A DNA stretch of 64,000 nt, taken from NCBI GenBank assembly GCA_963752595.1, contig CAVVYZ010000009.1, positions 1-64,000 on the forward strand, read 5' to 3'. A program made the translations under genes and the position numbers. This stretch comes from an uncultured delta proteobacterium (GTDB lineage: Bacteria; Desulfobacterota; Desulfomonilia; UBA1062). Shown here piece by piece: positions 34,809-44,450 of this stretch (position 1 is its first letter; each line of letters starts with the position of its first letter). Under the pieces are notes generated by a model. It ran no database searches, was not told the origin of the DNA, and saw only the letters and a program-made list of their open reading frames with translations.

Positions 34809-36104
34809 TCACAGGATGTTCTTCCCTTGCATAAGCCTGATCAGCGTTTCCAGATATCTTGATTTCACCTGCCGGCCCGCAAGTGCCTGTTTGATGGGAG
34901 GAATCTTCAGGATGACACCCAAGACACCCGCAAGAGCCCGGTGGCTCCACAGCACCTGGTTGTCGAAGATCAGGTTCTGCAGCTTGCCCCGCTCTATGGC
35001 CATCACCACCGCACGGTGGGCTCCGTTCAAAGGAGTAAGAACCCTCTTGTCCCGAGGCTTCAGAAGGATCAGGCCCTTTGCGCAGGAGCGGACGCACAGC
35101 CCGCATCCAAGGCAGCGGTCTTCATCCGGCTCAGCCTTCTTCGTGCTCTTGTACGCAGAGGCTGCGGAAGGAACGAGCATCATTGCTTCCACAGGACAGG
35201 CCTGAACGCACTTTCCGCATCCGCTGCAGTCCTGCTCCTCGATCCGGGGGATGAAGTTGGTGGTATGGATAGAAACCTCCCCGGCAAATCTCCGTGCGGC
35301 GATGAGGCCCTCGCAACAGCATCTGCAGCAGTTGCAGATAAAATTGACACCCTCTCTTACATTTTCGCCGAACTGGACCAGACCGTGCTCATAGGCAACG
35401 TGCAGCAGGTCGAGGCCTTCGGCTGCATCCACCTCCCGGGCGAATCCGTGCTTGATGAGCGACTCCGCAGGGGAGCTGAAGGTCATGCAGATATCGAGCG
35501 GGGCACCGCAGGCACGGCCGAGATGGTGCATCTTGTGACGACAGTAACAGAGGCTGACAGCCCTTCGGGATGCGCCTTTAATGACCTCTGTGGCGCGTTC
35601 ATAATCCAGGACGTGCAGGCCGTCGGCACCGGATAATGCCGGCTCATGGACAAAGGTGCGGCCAAGCTGGGTTTCTCCCTGTATAAACAGATCCCTGATA
35701 AAGGCCTCTTCCACGTTCAGATACTGATAAAACAGCTCGCTCAGCATCCTCTGGTCGATATCATCCCGGACGCGCATAAGGGAGAATTCAAAAAATCCCG
35801 CCATGGGCGGAGGCAGTGCATACACGGACTGTCCGTCATGGTCGATGTCTACCAGGACTGCCCTTCCCGCCAGTCCGTCCAGGACCTTCTGAGCGCTTGC
35901 CTGGTCCATCTTCCATGCCCGGGCCGCTTTTTCCACGGTGAACGGCCTGATGGGCAGGAGAGATACAAGACCGGCTTCTTTCTCGCTGAAAAGAATTTTC
36001 AGAATCCTGAACAGGAGATCAGAGGGCGGTGCGCCCTGGGGGAAACGATTCAACCGGTCTGCCAAGCGGGAGTATCCTGACGGAGTAGTGTTATGATGGG
36101 CCAT
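34809..36104 (-). CDS. 4Fe-4S dicluster domain protein (uncharacterised oxidoreductase family common in anaerobes)
   Basis: CYCR, C..P..IC, ICNCCRCCC, CSGCGKCVQACP, CLGCGLCVRSC. Confidence 0.85.
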   Translation of the reverse strand: MAHHNTTPSGYSRLADRLNRFPQGAPPSDLLFRILKILFSEKEAGLVSLLPIRPFTVEKAARAWKMDQASAQKVLDGLAGRAVLVDIDHDGQSVYALPPPMAGFFEFSLMRVRDDIDQRMLSELFYQYLNVEEAFIRDLFIQGETQLGRTFVHEPALSGADGLHVLDYERATEVIKGASRRAVSLCYCRHKMHHLGRACGAPLDICMTFSSPAESLIKHGFAREVDAAEGLDLLHVAYEHGLVQFGENVREGVNFICNCCRCCCEGLIAARRFAGEVSIHTTNFIPRIEEQDCSGCGKCVQACPVEAMMLVPSAASAYKSTKKAEPDEDRCLGCGLCVRSCAKGLILLKPRDKRVLTPLNGAHRAVVMAIERGKLQNLIFDNQVLWSHRALAGVLGVILKIPPIKQALAGRQVKSRYLETLIRLMQGKNIL

Positions 36105-36191
36105 AGTAAAAACTATCTCGATCTTTCGATGGGTCCGCGTGCCATCGTGGGATCGCGCCGCTCCTGTTGTTCCTGCTCCGCATGTACCGGC

Positions 36192-36572
36192 CTAATCCTT
36201 TGCATTCCCTGTTTCATCAGGTACTGCCACGATCCCCCATACCCCGAAGCAGACCATGCCGACCGTGATCCCTTTGAATGCCCAGAAGCAGCAGAACGTG
36301 ACTGAGCCCATGGAATAGAGCTCTTCAGCCTGGGGGATGGTTATGACACCCTGATAGAGCAGGATGCCCAGCAGAAGGCCGAGAATGCTTCCGATACACA
36401 CCCCTGCAGCAAGCCGATGGAAAAGTATCCGGGGGAATACGGCCTCCGGTTTGTAACGGGCACCCGGCATCGGGTCTCTGTGATGGCGCATCATCTCTTC
36501 AGCGAGACCCGTCATGCCTCCCAGGGGGGGATAAGGGACCAGTGCTTCCTGTCCGTCCGGCGTGTTATTCAT
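36192..36572 (-). CDS. Small two-TM membrane protein with N-terminal MMRHH motif
   Basis: Start overlaps the stop of the upstream gene (36569-36572); two hydrophobic helices. Confidence 0.65.
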   Translation of the reverse strand: MNNTPDGQEALVPYPPLGGMTGLAEEMMRHHRDPMPGARYKPEAVFPRILFHRLAAGVCIGSILGLLLGILLYQGVITIPQAEELYSMGSVTFCCFWAFKGITVGMVCFGVWGIVAVPDETGNAKD

Positions 36573-37840
36573 TTTATCTTCTCCTTGCTTTTCAGCTCCT
36601 GCTCTGTTTCGGTCCGATTTTCTCTGCTTTCGAGCAGCTGGTCGAGCCCGGCCTGGATTCTCCAGCTGATGGTGCCATCTCCACCGACGATCCAGCCGTG
36701 GTTCAGGCGCTGCTGTCCCGGGAGAGCGGGATAAGGCCTGATGACCCGTAAAAAGTCCGCAACCGGCACAGGGATATCATCGCGGTCTACCACCAGCACT
36801 GCCGCATGCTTCCCCATATGGCTCAAGGTTGCTGCAGGCAGCACGTTCTGCCAGCCTCCCGGGCCGTTTGGGTTCACACAAATGACATTATGCCCAGCTT
36901 CGTTCATATCCCAGCCGAAAGACCTGGCGCCTTCCCATATCCATGCACCCCAATCCCGGCCTGTGTCGTGAAAGCCTGCAAAGCGGGCACTGATCTCCGG
37001 GAGGGAACCGCCCGGTATCCTGATCAAATGGCCATACGATCCGAGCTCATGGGCGACATGTTCCGGGATCACCGTCCCATCCCCGAAAAGGTAGAGCCAC
37101 GGTCCGTTCATACGCCGTTTCAGGATTCTCTTCGTCTCCTCCGGGATTTCCCCGTTCGTTACAAAGGCGAGCCCGTCACCCATGTGGGCATTCCAGAAAA
37201 CACCCGGTAAGGAGGGCATCAGGTTGTCGAGATTGGCTATGACGACCCCATTCCTGTGGTCGCCGTGCATGGTCGAGGTCCAGTTATCCAGCTTTTCCGA
37301 AAGCGCTGCGGCATCGGGCGCCTTCAGCACCCTTATATTAAGCCCAAGGCTTCGAACCTCTTTACGCACTTCATCCCCGATGGTCCCCACCAGGTAGGCC
37401 TGCGTATTCCCGTCCATCATCACCCCTTCCGGCTTGAGGCGTATGATCTCCGAGCGGGTCAGGGCCGGGATGACATCCTCTTCCACATAGAGAAGCGGGG
37501 CATTGAGGGGAAAGTGCTGCACCCTGCTCGCGGCGAGCATTGCCTCGGCAAGGTTGTTCCGGTTCACCAGCACCACAGCACCTGGTGAGTTCGCCTCTTC
37601 GTTTGCCGGGTACATGAGCTGTGAAACGGCAACTGCCGTTTCAACCGGATCATCCGATCCGATGCGGCCCGTATTCACCGTGACAAGCCCCTGATCGACC
37701 GGGAGCGGCATGGAGGCACCCAGCTCCTGTTCAGGCTTCAGGACGGCCTTCTCATAGGAGATTATGCCTGCGAGGATTGCCATCGAGGCCAATGCTGTGC
37801 CGGACAGAATCAGGAGAGTCGATGTGTATCGCCAATGCAT
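36569..37840 (-). CDS. Membrane-anchored protein with cell-wall-binding-2 (CWB2)-like repeats and His/Met motifs
   Basis: Probable start MHWRY (37840); N-terminal TM; NTGRIGSDDPVETAVAVSQ, NAPLLYV, RIPG, MHGDH, WNAHMGD, LSHMGKH. Confidence 0.7.
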   Translation of the reverse strand: MHWRYTSTLLILSGTALASMAILAGIISYEKAVLKPEQELGASMPLPVDQGLVTVNTGRIGSDDPVETAVAVSQLMYPANEEANSPGAVVLVNRNNLAEAMLAASRVQHFPLNAPLLYVEEDVIPALTRSEIIRLKPEGVMMDGNTQAYLVGTIGDEVRKEVRSLGLNIRVLKAPDAAALSEKLDNWTSTMHGDHRNGVVIANLDNLMPSLPGVFWNAHMGDGLAFVTNGEIPEETKRILKRRMNGPWLYLFGDGTVIPEHVAHELGSYGHLIRIPGGSLPEISARFAGFHDTGRDWGAWIWEGARSFGWDMNEAGHNVICVNPNGPGGWQNVLPAATLSHMGKHAAVLVVDRDDIPVPVADFLRVIRPYPALPGQQRLNHGWIVGGDGTISWRIQAGLDQLLESRENRTETEQELKSKEKIK

Positions 37841-37851
37841 CTTTAATCTTC

Positions 37852-39609
37852 CTATATGAGCCCTGACTTGCGGCGGCTGCGGACCATAAGGCAATTGAAG
37901 GGCCATGCAACGAGAAACGCAAGAAAGACGGTGAAGAACATGACGCCGAACCAGAGAATGTTTTTCTCCCGGGGCATCATGGGGAGATTCCACATCATGA
38001 GCCACCACATGGCAGGAAACATGGCAAGCGATGCGGCAGCCATGGAAACAAGGATGACGGGCAACGCCCTGGTAAGCGCCTGTGCATACGTCTGCCCCTG
38101 GAACATGGAGAGCATGGGGGTCTGGTAGAGGGGCCATGCAATGAGCACCGCGACGACGAAATTTGCTCCCATGACGAGCACCATCGGCGACCCAAGCCAG
38201 AAGAACGGGCCCCGGCCGATTACCATGGGCAATCCGAAGAATGAGAGCACGAACCCAGTTGCCACCATGATCTGGGCCCCTATGCCGACGCTTCCGGCCG
38301 CAGCAGCCATCCCCTGGAGCCATAATGGCCTGTCCCATGCCGCCATTCCGTTGTGGTCGATTACGGGAACCCGGTATGCCAGCCGGTAGAAGAAGATCCC
38401 GAACGGCCCCAAGGCTATGGTGAGGAGCGGCCAAGACAACCTCATAACCCAGTGCATCCCGGGCAGGAACCTGGCGGCATGGAAGATGATCCACAGACTT
38501 GAGGCAAACCCCAGGGCGATCCAGGCAGAGGCGAGCATGTCCATGCCCGAAACTCCGGGGCCTTTCATCCGGTAAGGCCCGATTTCGACGGCATAGTCGG
38601 CCTGGCTCTGTGCCGTAAACGAGACCGCAGCCTCGTCACCGAGTATCCAGATATGATGGAAGGGCCCTTCCGACGGAGTCGTCCAGAAGGCCGGCCGCTG
38701 GCTCCAGAGATAGTTGTTTACAACCTGCGGGAGCTCGTGCTCATCTGTCCAGAGCAGAGGCCCGGGTTTTCCCCTCCGTGCGAGATTCGCGCTCAGGAGT
38801 GCGGTCGCAGGGTCGTTTGCCCTCGCAAGGGTAAATCCCCGGTAGCCGGTGAGCGTGCCGGAGTTGAAATCCCAACCGAAAAGGTCGTCGGGATTAAAGA
38901 ACCCGGCAAAAGCAATTGATGCCTGGGCCGGGGTTTTTCCGGATATGTGCTTCATCCCTTTTACACGCACATCCCCGAGGGCGTACAAAGGGATTTCCTG
39001 GGGAGCCTGCTTCGAATCGAACACGATAAGGTCTCCGCTGTACGCAGCCCAAGGCGCAGCAAGAAGTGCCGTAGCCGGCTCACGCTCATCCACCATGAGG
39101 GCATGGAGAGGGGGTGCATTCGCTTTTTCCAGGATGGGAAGGATATCATCCGGTCCGATATGGAGTGCACTTTGCTTTGCAAAGGCTTTATTAACCGCCA
39201 GAACCTTTTTCCCGCCAAGAAAGCGGCTGCCGCCTGGTTTGAGGCGATCAATCTCTTCCTGCACATTACCGGCTGAGGGGAGCAGAACTGCATTCAGCGG
39301 CCTCAGAAGGCTCGCTGCAGCCAGTCCTCCCTGCCAGTCTTCAGGTGCATAGAGAATGACAAGATCCGGGGTATTCGCCGGCTCGGTGGCAGGATAGACT
39401 GCGCGGCTCACTGCAGCTGCAACCTCGCCAAGATCCTTTCCGGTGAACCTGGTGGTATTCTTGGTGTTCAAGTGCATCCTCTCCTGGCCGGAGCCTTCCG
39501 GATGGATGATGTTTCTGTACGGCACGGCCAGTATTCCGGCCGTCAGGATCGCCGCAACGAGTACGGCAACGGTTGTTCCGGTGATTTTTACCCATAAAGG
39601 ATCTTTCAT
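37852..39609 (-). CDS. CWB2-like repeat domain fused to a Met-rich DUF4396-like membrane domain
   Basis: N-terminal TM; NTKNTTRFTG..EVAAAVSRAVYP, LNAVLL, GPLLW; C-terminal MHWVMRLSWPL..LGP..W.Q..FWFGVM..AWPFN..MVR. Confidence 0.7.
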   Translation of the reverse strand: MKDPLWVKITGTTVAVLVAAILTAGILAVPYRNIIHPEGSGQERMHLNTKNTTRFTGKDLGEVAAAVSRAVYPATEPANTPDLVILYAPEDWQGGLAAASLLRPLNAVLLPSAGNVQEEIDRLKPGGSRFLGGKKVLAVNKAFAKQSALHIGPDDILPILEKANAPPLHALMVDEREPATALLAAPWAAYSGDLIVFDSKQAPQEIPLYALGDVRVKGMKHISGKTPAQASIAFAGFFNPDDLFGWDFNSGTLTGYRGFTLARANDPATALLSANLARRGKPGPLLWTDEHELPQVVNNYLWSQRPAFWTTPSEGPFHHIWILGDEAAVSFTAQSQADYAVEIGPYRMKGPGVSGMDMLASAWIALGFASSLWIIFHAARFLPGMHWVMRLSWPLLTIALGPFGIFFYRLAYRVPVIDHNGMAAWDRPLWLQGMAAAAGSVGIGAQIMVATGFVLSFFGLPMVIGRGPFFWLGSPMVLVMGANFVVAVLIAWPLYQTPMLSMFQGQTYAQALTRALPVILVSMAAASLAMFPAMWWLMMWNLPMMPREKNILWFGVMFFTVFLAFLVAWPFNCLMVRSRRKSGLI

Positions 39610-39734
39610 TCTAAGCGCCCTGCCGAACAATCATATACCCCGGAATCCCGGGGAGTTCATTTCCGGGTGAAGAGATCCGCCCGTTACCCGGAGCCCGGTT
39701 CAAAGAAAAGAGAGCAGTCTTGCTCGCTACCCCT

Positions 39735-40499
39735 TCATGGTTGGAAAAAATTCTGGGCCAGGGTGACGGCGATGTCGGACAGGAGGGTCTTCAGTGCCTC
39801 CGAGATGACAGGAATCTGTTCTTCGTTGCCGCAGGAGGCGTCAATCGACCTCTGAAACTTCTCCTGGTTATTCCCTGCCCTCCAGATGATGCGGTTGGTA
39901 CGCGTGTCTATCAGCTCCGCACGTGCCTGGGCTACAACGGCCATATGATCGTTGTAGGCATAGATATAGTGGCAGTATGGGCCGTAGCGCACGAGCCGTA
40001 TCACCACGAGATAGTCCGCTCCGTAGGCCCTGCCCAGTCCCCTGTAGTCCGCTGTTGCATAGAGGTATTCCACCAGCCCGCCGCTGAACGGGGGGAGGCT
40101 CCTTTCCGCTATATACTCATCTACTTTGAAAGATGAGAATCCCCTTTTCTTAAGCCCTGATACGAAAAGGTCCTGCACACGGGAAAATTCCCGTGCATCG
40201 AGCTCCAGTATCTCCATCTGCAGCGGCTTCATCTCTGCAATCCGCAGAGGCTGGTATTCGGCATCATCCATCCAGGGCCCCTCCGTGAAGCCGAACTGAT
40301 CCGAAACCTTCACCACGCGGGTGTTGGTCACCCCTTCCGTGATCGCCGCCGGGGGCAATGTCAGCAATATCACACCTACTCTCTTCCCTTGCTGCTGTAT
40401 CCAGAACTGGGGATCGAGATGTATGGGCCTGCCTGAGGAGCATCCTACCAGGAATAGCAACAGGAGCATCAGAGGACCTACGACAATCCTTGTCTTCAT
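39735..40499 (-). CDS. Hypothetical lipoprotein
   Basis: RBS GGAGG; lipobox LVGC; C-terminal AELIDTRTNRIIW typical of CsgG/LpoB-like folds. Confidence 0.7.
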   Translation of the reverse strand: MKTRIVVGPLMLLLLFLVGCSSGRPIHLDPQFWIQQQGKRVGVILLTLPPAAITEGVTNTRVVKVSDQFGFTEGPWMDDAEYQPLRIAEMKPLQMEILELDAREFSRVQDLFVSGLKKRGFSSFKVDEYIAERSLPPFSGGLVEYLYATADYRGLGRAYGADYLVVIRLVRYGPYCHYIYAYNDHMAVVAQARAELIDTRTNRIIWRAGNNQEKFQRSIDASCGNEEQIPVISEALKTLLSDIAVTLAQNFFQP

Positions 40500-40893
40500 A
40501 CCGGTCCACCTCCTTGTCGAGGCTCTACACATGAATAGTAATCTCTCTAAGGTTCCGGCTCAATGGTACAATGGGATTCAGGGGAAAATCGAGGATCAAT
40601 TGTTATGGTTATTCAATCGGTTACAGGGTTATGAATGTGTCCGGGATGCGGGACTTGGGGGGGGTGCTCTATTTTCTCAGAGAGTTGGTCTACTTTTTCA
40701 TAAAATGACCTCAGCAACGACATCATTCGGAAATACCATTTTTCCTCACCTATTGACTTCTACATTATAAAAATTATTATACATATTATTGTTATGGTAT
40801 AATTTAACATTAATATTCTAAAATATAATTATGTCTCTATCAATGGATGATTTCGTATCACAAAATATACGTTAGGCATTGAGGAGGGAAATC

Positions 40894-42165
40894 ATGAGGA
40901 AAACCTTTTTCAGAAATGTAGGTACGTTCTTTCTCGTTATTATCACCCTGTTCGCAAGTTCAGCCTATACTTATGCGGCGACAGGGCGCCAGTTGGCAGA
41001 GAGCGCAATAGCGGCATTAAAGGCATCAGCACCCACGACTACGACACGGAATGTCCCGACGTTCAACTGGTCGTGGTTTGAGCTCAACTACTCCGACGAG
41101 ACATACCCCCTGACCGTTGATTTTGTCGGCAGCAACTTCCAGTGTGCCCAGAAGGTCGTCTACCTGCTGCCGGGAGGCGGGGTGAATTTCAGGTCGAGCT
41201 TCTTCACGCCGGTCGATGACAACCTTGCCCAATTCTTCCGCAAGGCAGGATATCTCGTTATAGGAATAACCCCCAGGGAAGACAATGTACCATCAGCGCC
41301 TTCCTATGGCTGCATGGCTGATTGGGGCCTGCATAAACATACGAGCGATATCAGGAAGATTATCGGGATAGTCCAGGCAAAGCTCCGTCTGCCTTACAGG
41401 GTAGTCGGCCACTCATTCGGCGCAGCCTATGCCATCGATTATGCAGGATATCCTGTATGCGGCCTCGAAAAGATAATCGCGCTCGACATCTACAGCTTCT
41501 CACCCGATGATGCCGAGGATATCGATAATTCAGACATTTCCTATACTGCCTTCCTGGACCTGATGGGACAGGGCGAATATGCGGATTCCTCCTATTCGGA
41601 TATCAAATCCCTGATGCTCATATCCATGCTCTTCCCGGACATCGATTCCGGGGAATCCCGTGAAGGCCTCGGCTTGCCCGGCAATTTCACCTTCGAGGGA
41701 CTGCTGTACTTCTCCATGATTTTCAGTGCAGACCTCCCGGGCATCCATACCCCGCTCACCGGTCTTGCAGGTGACTGGCCGCTCGTACAGAGCTATGCAG
41801 CAGGCGAATACGCCTTTGCGGAAAACCCGCAGAATGACCAGTACCGCTTAACCTGTTCCCGCATGTCCACCTTAAGGGAAGCAAGCTTCAAGGTCGGAAG
41901 CGGCCTGGTTCCCAGTGCCCTGTACCGGGATTTCTTTGCTGTGAATGCCAATAACGGTGAATGCTCTATCAACTGGGCAGGGATCAATAAGCCGGTCTTA
42001 TGGGTGAATACTGAGCTCGGATACGGCAGCAACATGTACGGTGCAACCTTGATCCAGAATTCCGGGAACAGCAATGTACTCGTCGCGGTTGTACCGGGAT
42101 ACGGCCATCTGGACATCCTTTCGGGCAGGAATGCAAAGGCGGATGTCTGGGGTTGGTTTCTTTAA
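40894..42165 (+). CDS. Secreted alpha/beta-fold hydrolase
   Basis: RBS GAGGAG; signal peptide; YLLPGG oxyanion strand, VGHSFG nucleophile, GYGHLD catalytic His. Confidence 0.8.
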   Translation: MRKTFFRNVGTFFLVIITLFASSAYTYAATGRQLAESAIAALKASAPTTTTRNVPTFNWSWFELNYSDETYPLTVDFVGSNFQCAQKVVYLLPGGGVNFRSSFFTPVDDNLAQFFRKAGYLVIGITPREDNVPSAPSYGCMADWGLHKHTSDIRKIIGIVQAKLRLPYRVVGHSFGAAYAIDYAGYPVCGLEKIIALDIYSFSPDDAEDIDNSDISYTAFLDLMGQGEYADSSYSDIKSLMLISMLFPDIDSGESREGLGLPGNFTFEGLLYFSMIFSADLPGIHTPLTGLAGDWPLVQSYAAGEYAFAENPQNDQYRLTCSRMSTLREASFKVGSGLVPSALYRDFFAVNANNGECSINWAGINKPVLWVNTELGYGSNMYGATLIQNSGNSNVLVAVVPGYGHLDILSGRNAKADVWGWFL

Positions 42166-42302
42166 TAACGAATCCAAGCCCCGTATATTGAAACAACCTT
42201 AAAGGATGGATGAACGTCAGGCAGATGGTGTCTGCCTGTTATCTGCCTCCTGCCTGTGCTTTCCTTTTGGTTTCGGCAGCAGATCGGATATCCCAAAAAT
42301 CC

Positions 42303-44288
42303 TCAGGAAACCTTGAAGCGGTCCACACCGCCGGCAAGCCGGCCTGCGGCTGAAAGCATGTTGTCGGCGCTGCCGGCCAGATCCTCGATGGTAGCGACAT
42401 TCCTCTGCGTGACGCTGTCTATCTGGAAGACTGCTTTGTTCAGGTCATCCACACTCCCGGACTGATGCGAGGACACGGCAGCGAACTCTTCTATAGTCCC
42501 GGAGATATCATTGATCTCGCTGATGATGCCCGCAATGGATTCGCTGGTGCTCTTTGCCATCTGGTCGCCGGTCCTGATTTTTTTCACCGTGTCTTCGATA
42601 AGCTGCCGTATTTCGAGCGAAGCTGTCGAAGAGCGCCGTGCCAGTGACCGGACCTCTTCGGCCACGATAGCAAAGCCTTTCCCGTGCTCTCCTGCCCGTG
42701 CTGCTTCGACTGCGGCATTGAGAGCGAGGAGATTGGTCTGGAATGCCACCTCGTTCACCGTCGAGATGATATCGCCGATCTTCTTCGAAGACCGGGAGAT
42801 ATCTTCCATGGCGCTCACCAGAGAGCGCATGGATTCTTCGCTGCTGTCTGCCATTTTCACCATGCTCCTGGTTCTGTCCCTTCCGTGTTCTGCCGATGCG
42901 GCGCTATGCTTGATGGATGTTGTCATGCTCTGTATGGCCTGGGCAACCATCTCAACAGCGGAAGTCATCTCCTGAAGGGAGAACATAAGGCTGTCCGCAT
43001 TGGACGAGACCTCGTGGGAAGACTTGTCTACGTCCCCGGCTGCTTTCTTCACATCAGTGACGATCTCATCGAGCCTGCCGACGAATGCATTGAACCTGCT
43101 CGCAAGTTCTCCCATCTCATCGTTGCTGTGTACGACGAGCCTGGCAGTGAGGTCGCCCTCCCCCGATGAGAGATCATCAAGATTCTCGACAGTCCTGCAT
43201 ACCGGGTTGACAAAGATCATCAGCAAGGCAAATACGGCAAACCCCACGGTACCGAATACGAAGAGGGAAAGCAGGCCGGTTACGAGGTAGAACTGACTGA
43301 ATCTCGGAAGCCTCGAACCGAGATCCGAAGCGATCCCGATCGTGAGATTGCTGCCGGCCGGAATGAAGCAGAGCGACCTTTCATGTATATTCTCATACAT
43401 CGTCTGCGGGTTGCCGCTGCGTACAGCATCACGAATGGATCGATCGATATCCTCCCAGCTCCCGGTGAATACATCGACCCGGGAGGGATTATAGAGCTGC
43501 TCTCCCATGCTGCTCATGAGGAAAGGTTTTCCTATGCCGCTGGAGGCAATCCTGTCGATTACGGGTTTGAGTTCTTCGGCCGTTACCGCATTGCCCATGG
43601 GAGCTATCTCATGCGACACATAGCGTTCAAAGGCGAGCATGTTTTCCTGCATTTCCTCCCTGATACGGGACAGACCCTCATAGAATCCGATCATGGCCAT
43701 CCAGATGATGACGCCGATGCACACGATACAGAAGAGGCAGACGATCTTGGTGCCAAGACGCAAATCATCATGACTGAAGGGGAGTGAGCGAATCTGGAAT
43801 TCGCGGTAAATACTGTTGAACACAGGGTATGTGACGATGCTGAGCCCGCTGTAAAGACAGACCGGAAGCCCCAGGTCTGCAACAATACTGGTCATCCATA
43901 ATCCGGAGGAAGCAATGGGACCGATGTGGTATTCCCGGTAAAAGACATATACGCCGGCATCGAAGAGTATGATCAGACCGACCAGGACCATGCTGAGATA
44001 GTAAGGCAGACGTCTGTTTCTCACACTGACGAACTCCAGATCCCTGTCTTCGAGGGTGCCCTCTTCCATTTTCCTCAGAGCATCATGCACGGGATACGTG
44101 AGAAATGCGGTACACGCCAGGCCGATGGCGAGACACCCGAGCCATATCAGGAATCCCTGGATGGAAAATACCTTCGTCTGGACCGGGGAATTTGACATGA
44201 GATAGAAGCCCGAGATAATCCATCCAAAGTTCACGATGGAATATACTCCTGTAAAGATAAAAAGGACCTTCTGCAGATATCCTTTCAT
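42303..44288 (-). CDS. Methyl-accepting chemotaxis protein with multi-TM N-terminus, periplasmic sensor and HAMP domain
   Basis: GEGDLTARL..DEMGELA..FN (HAMP); VAFQTNLLALNAAVEAARAGEHGKGFAIVA. Confidence 0.92.
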   Translation of the reverse strand: MKGYLQKVLFIFTGVYSIVNFGWIISGFYLMSNSPVQTKVFSIQGFLIWLGCLAIGLACTAFLTYPVHDALRKMEEGTLEDRDLEFVSVRNRRLPYYLSMVLVGLIILFDAGVYVFYREYHIGPIASSGLWMTSIVADLGLPVCLYSGLSIVTYPVFNSIYREFQIRSLPFSHDDLRLGTKIVCLFCIVCIGVIIWMAMIGFYEGLSRIREEMQENMLAFERYVSHEIAPMGNAVTAEELKPVIDRIASSGIGKPFLMSSMGEQLYNPSRVDVFTGSWEDIDRSIRDAVRSGNPQTMYENIHERSLCFIPAGSNLTIGIASDLGSRLPRFSQFYLVTGLLSLFVFGTVGFAVFALLMIFVNPVCRTVENLDDLSSGEGDLTARLVVHSNDEMGELASRFNAFVGRLDEIVTDVKKAAGDVDKSSHEVSSNADSLMFSLQEMTSAVEMVAQAIQSMTTSIKHSAASAEHGRDRTRSMVKMADSSEESMRSLVSAMEDISRSSKKIGDIISTVNEVAFQTNLLALNAAVEAARAGEHGKGFAIVAEEVRSLARRSSTASLEIRQLIEDTVKKIRTGDQMAKSTSESIAGIISEINDISGTIEEFAAVSSHQSGSVDDLNKAVFQIDSVTQRNVATIEDLAGSADNMLSAAGRLAGGVDRFKVS

Positions 44289-44450
44289 AGAGCAACCCCT
44301 TAAGACCATGGCTTCACATAATAATGTTCCCTGCAGGCAATCTCTGACAGGCAACTAAGTAAAAATCAGTAATTCATTTTTTATACTTTAATTTAAAACT
44401 ATTATCGGCACTGACAAATCTCTTCAGCATATCACTCTCGAAGACCTTCT

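Noticed and set aside
37841-38494. 641-aa ORF 36569-38494 as a single long protein
   Set aside because: The first ~218 aa overlap the upstream gene in another frame and look like shadow translation; the probable start is MHWRY at 37840.
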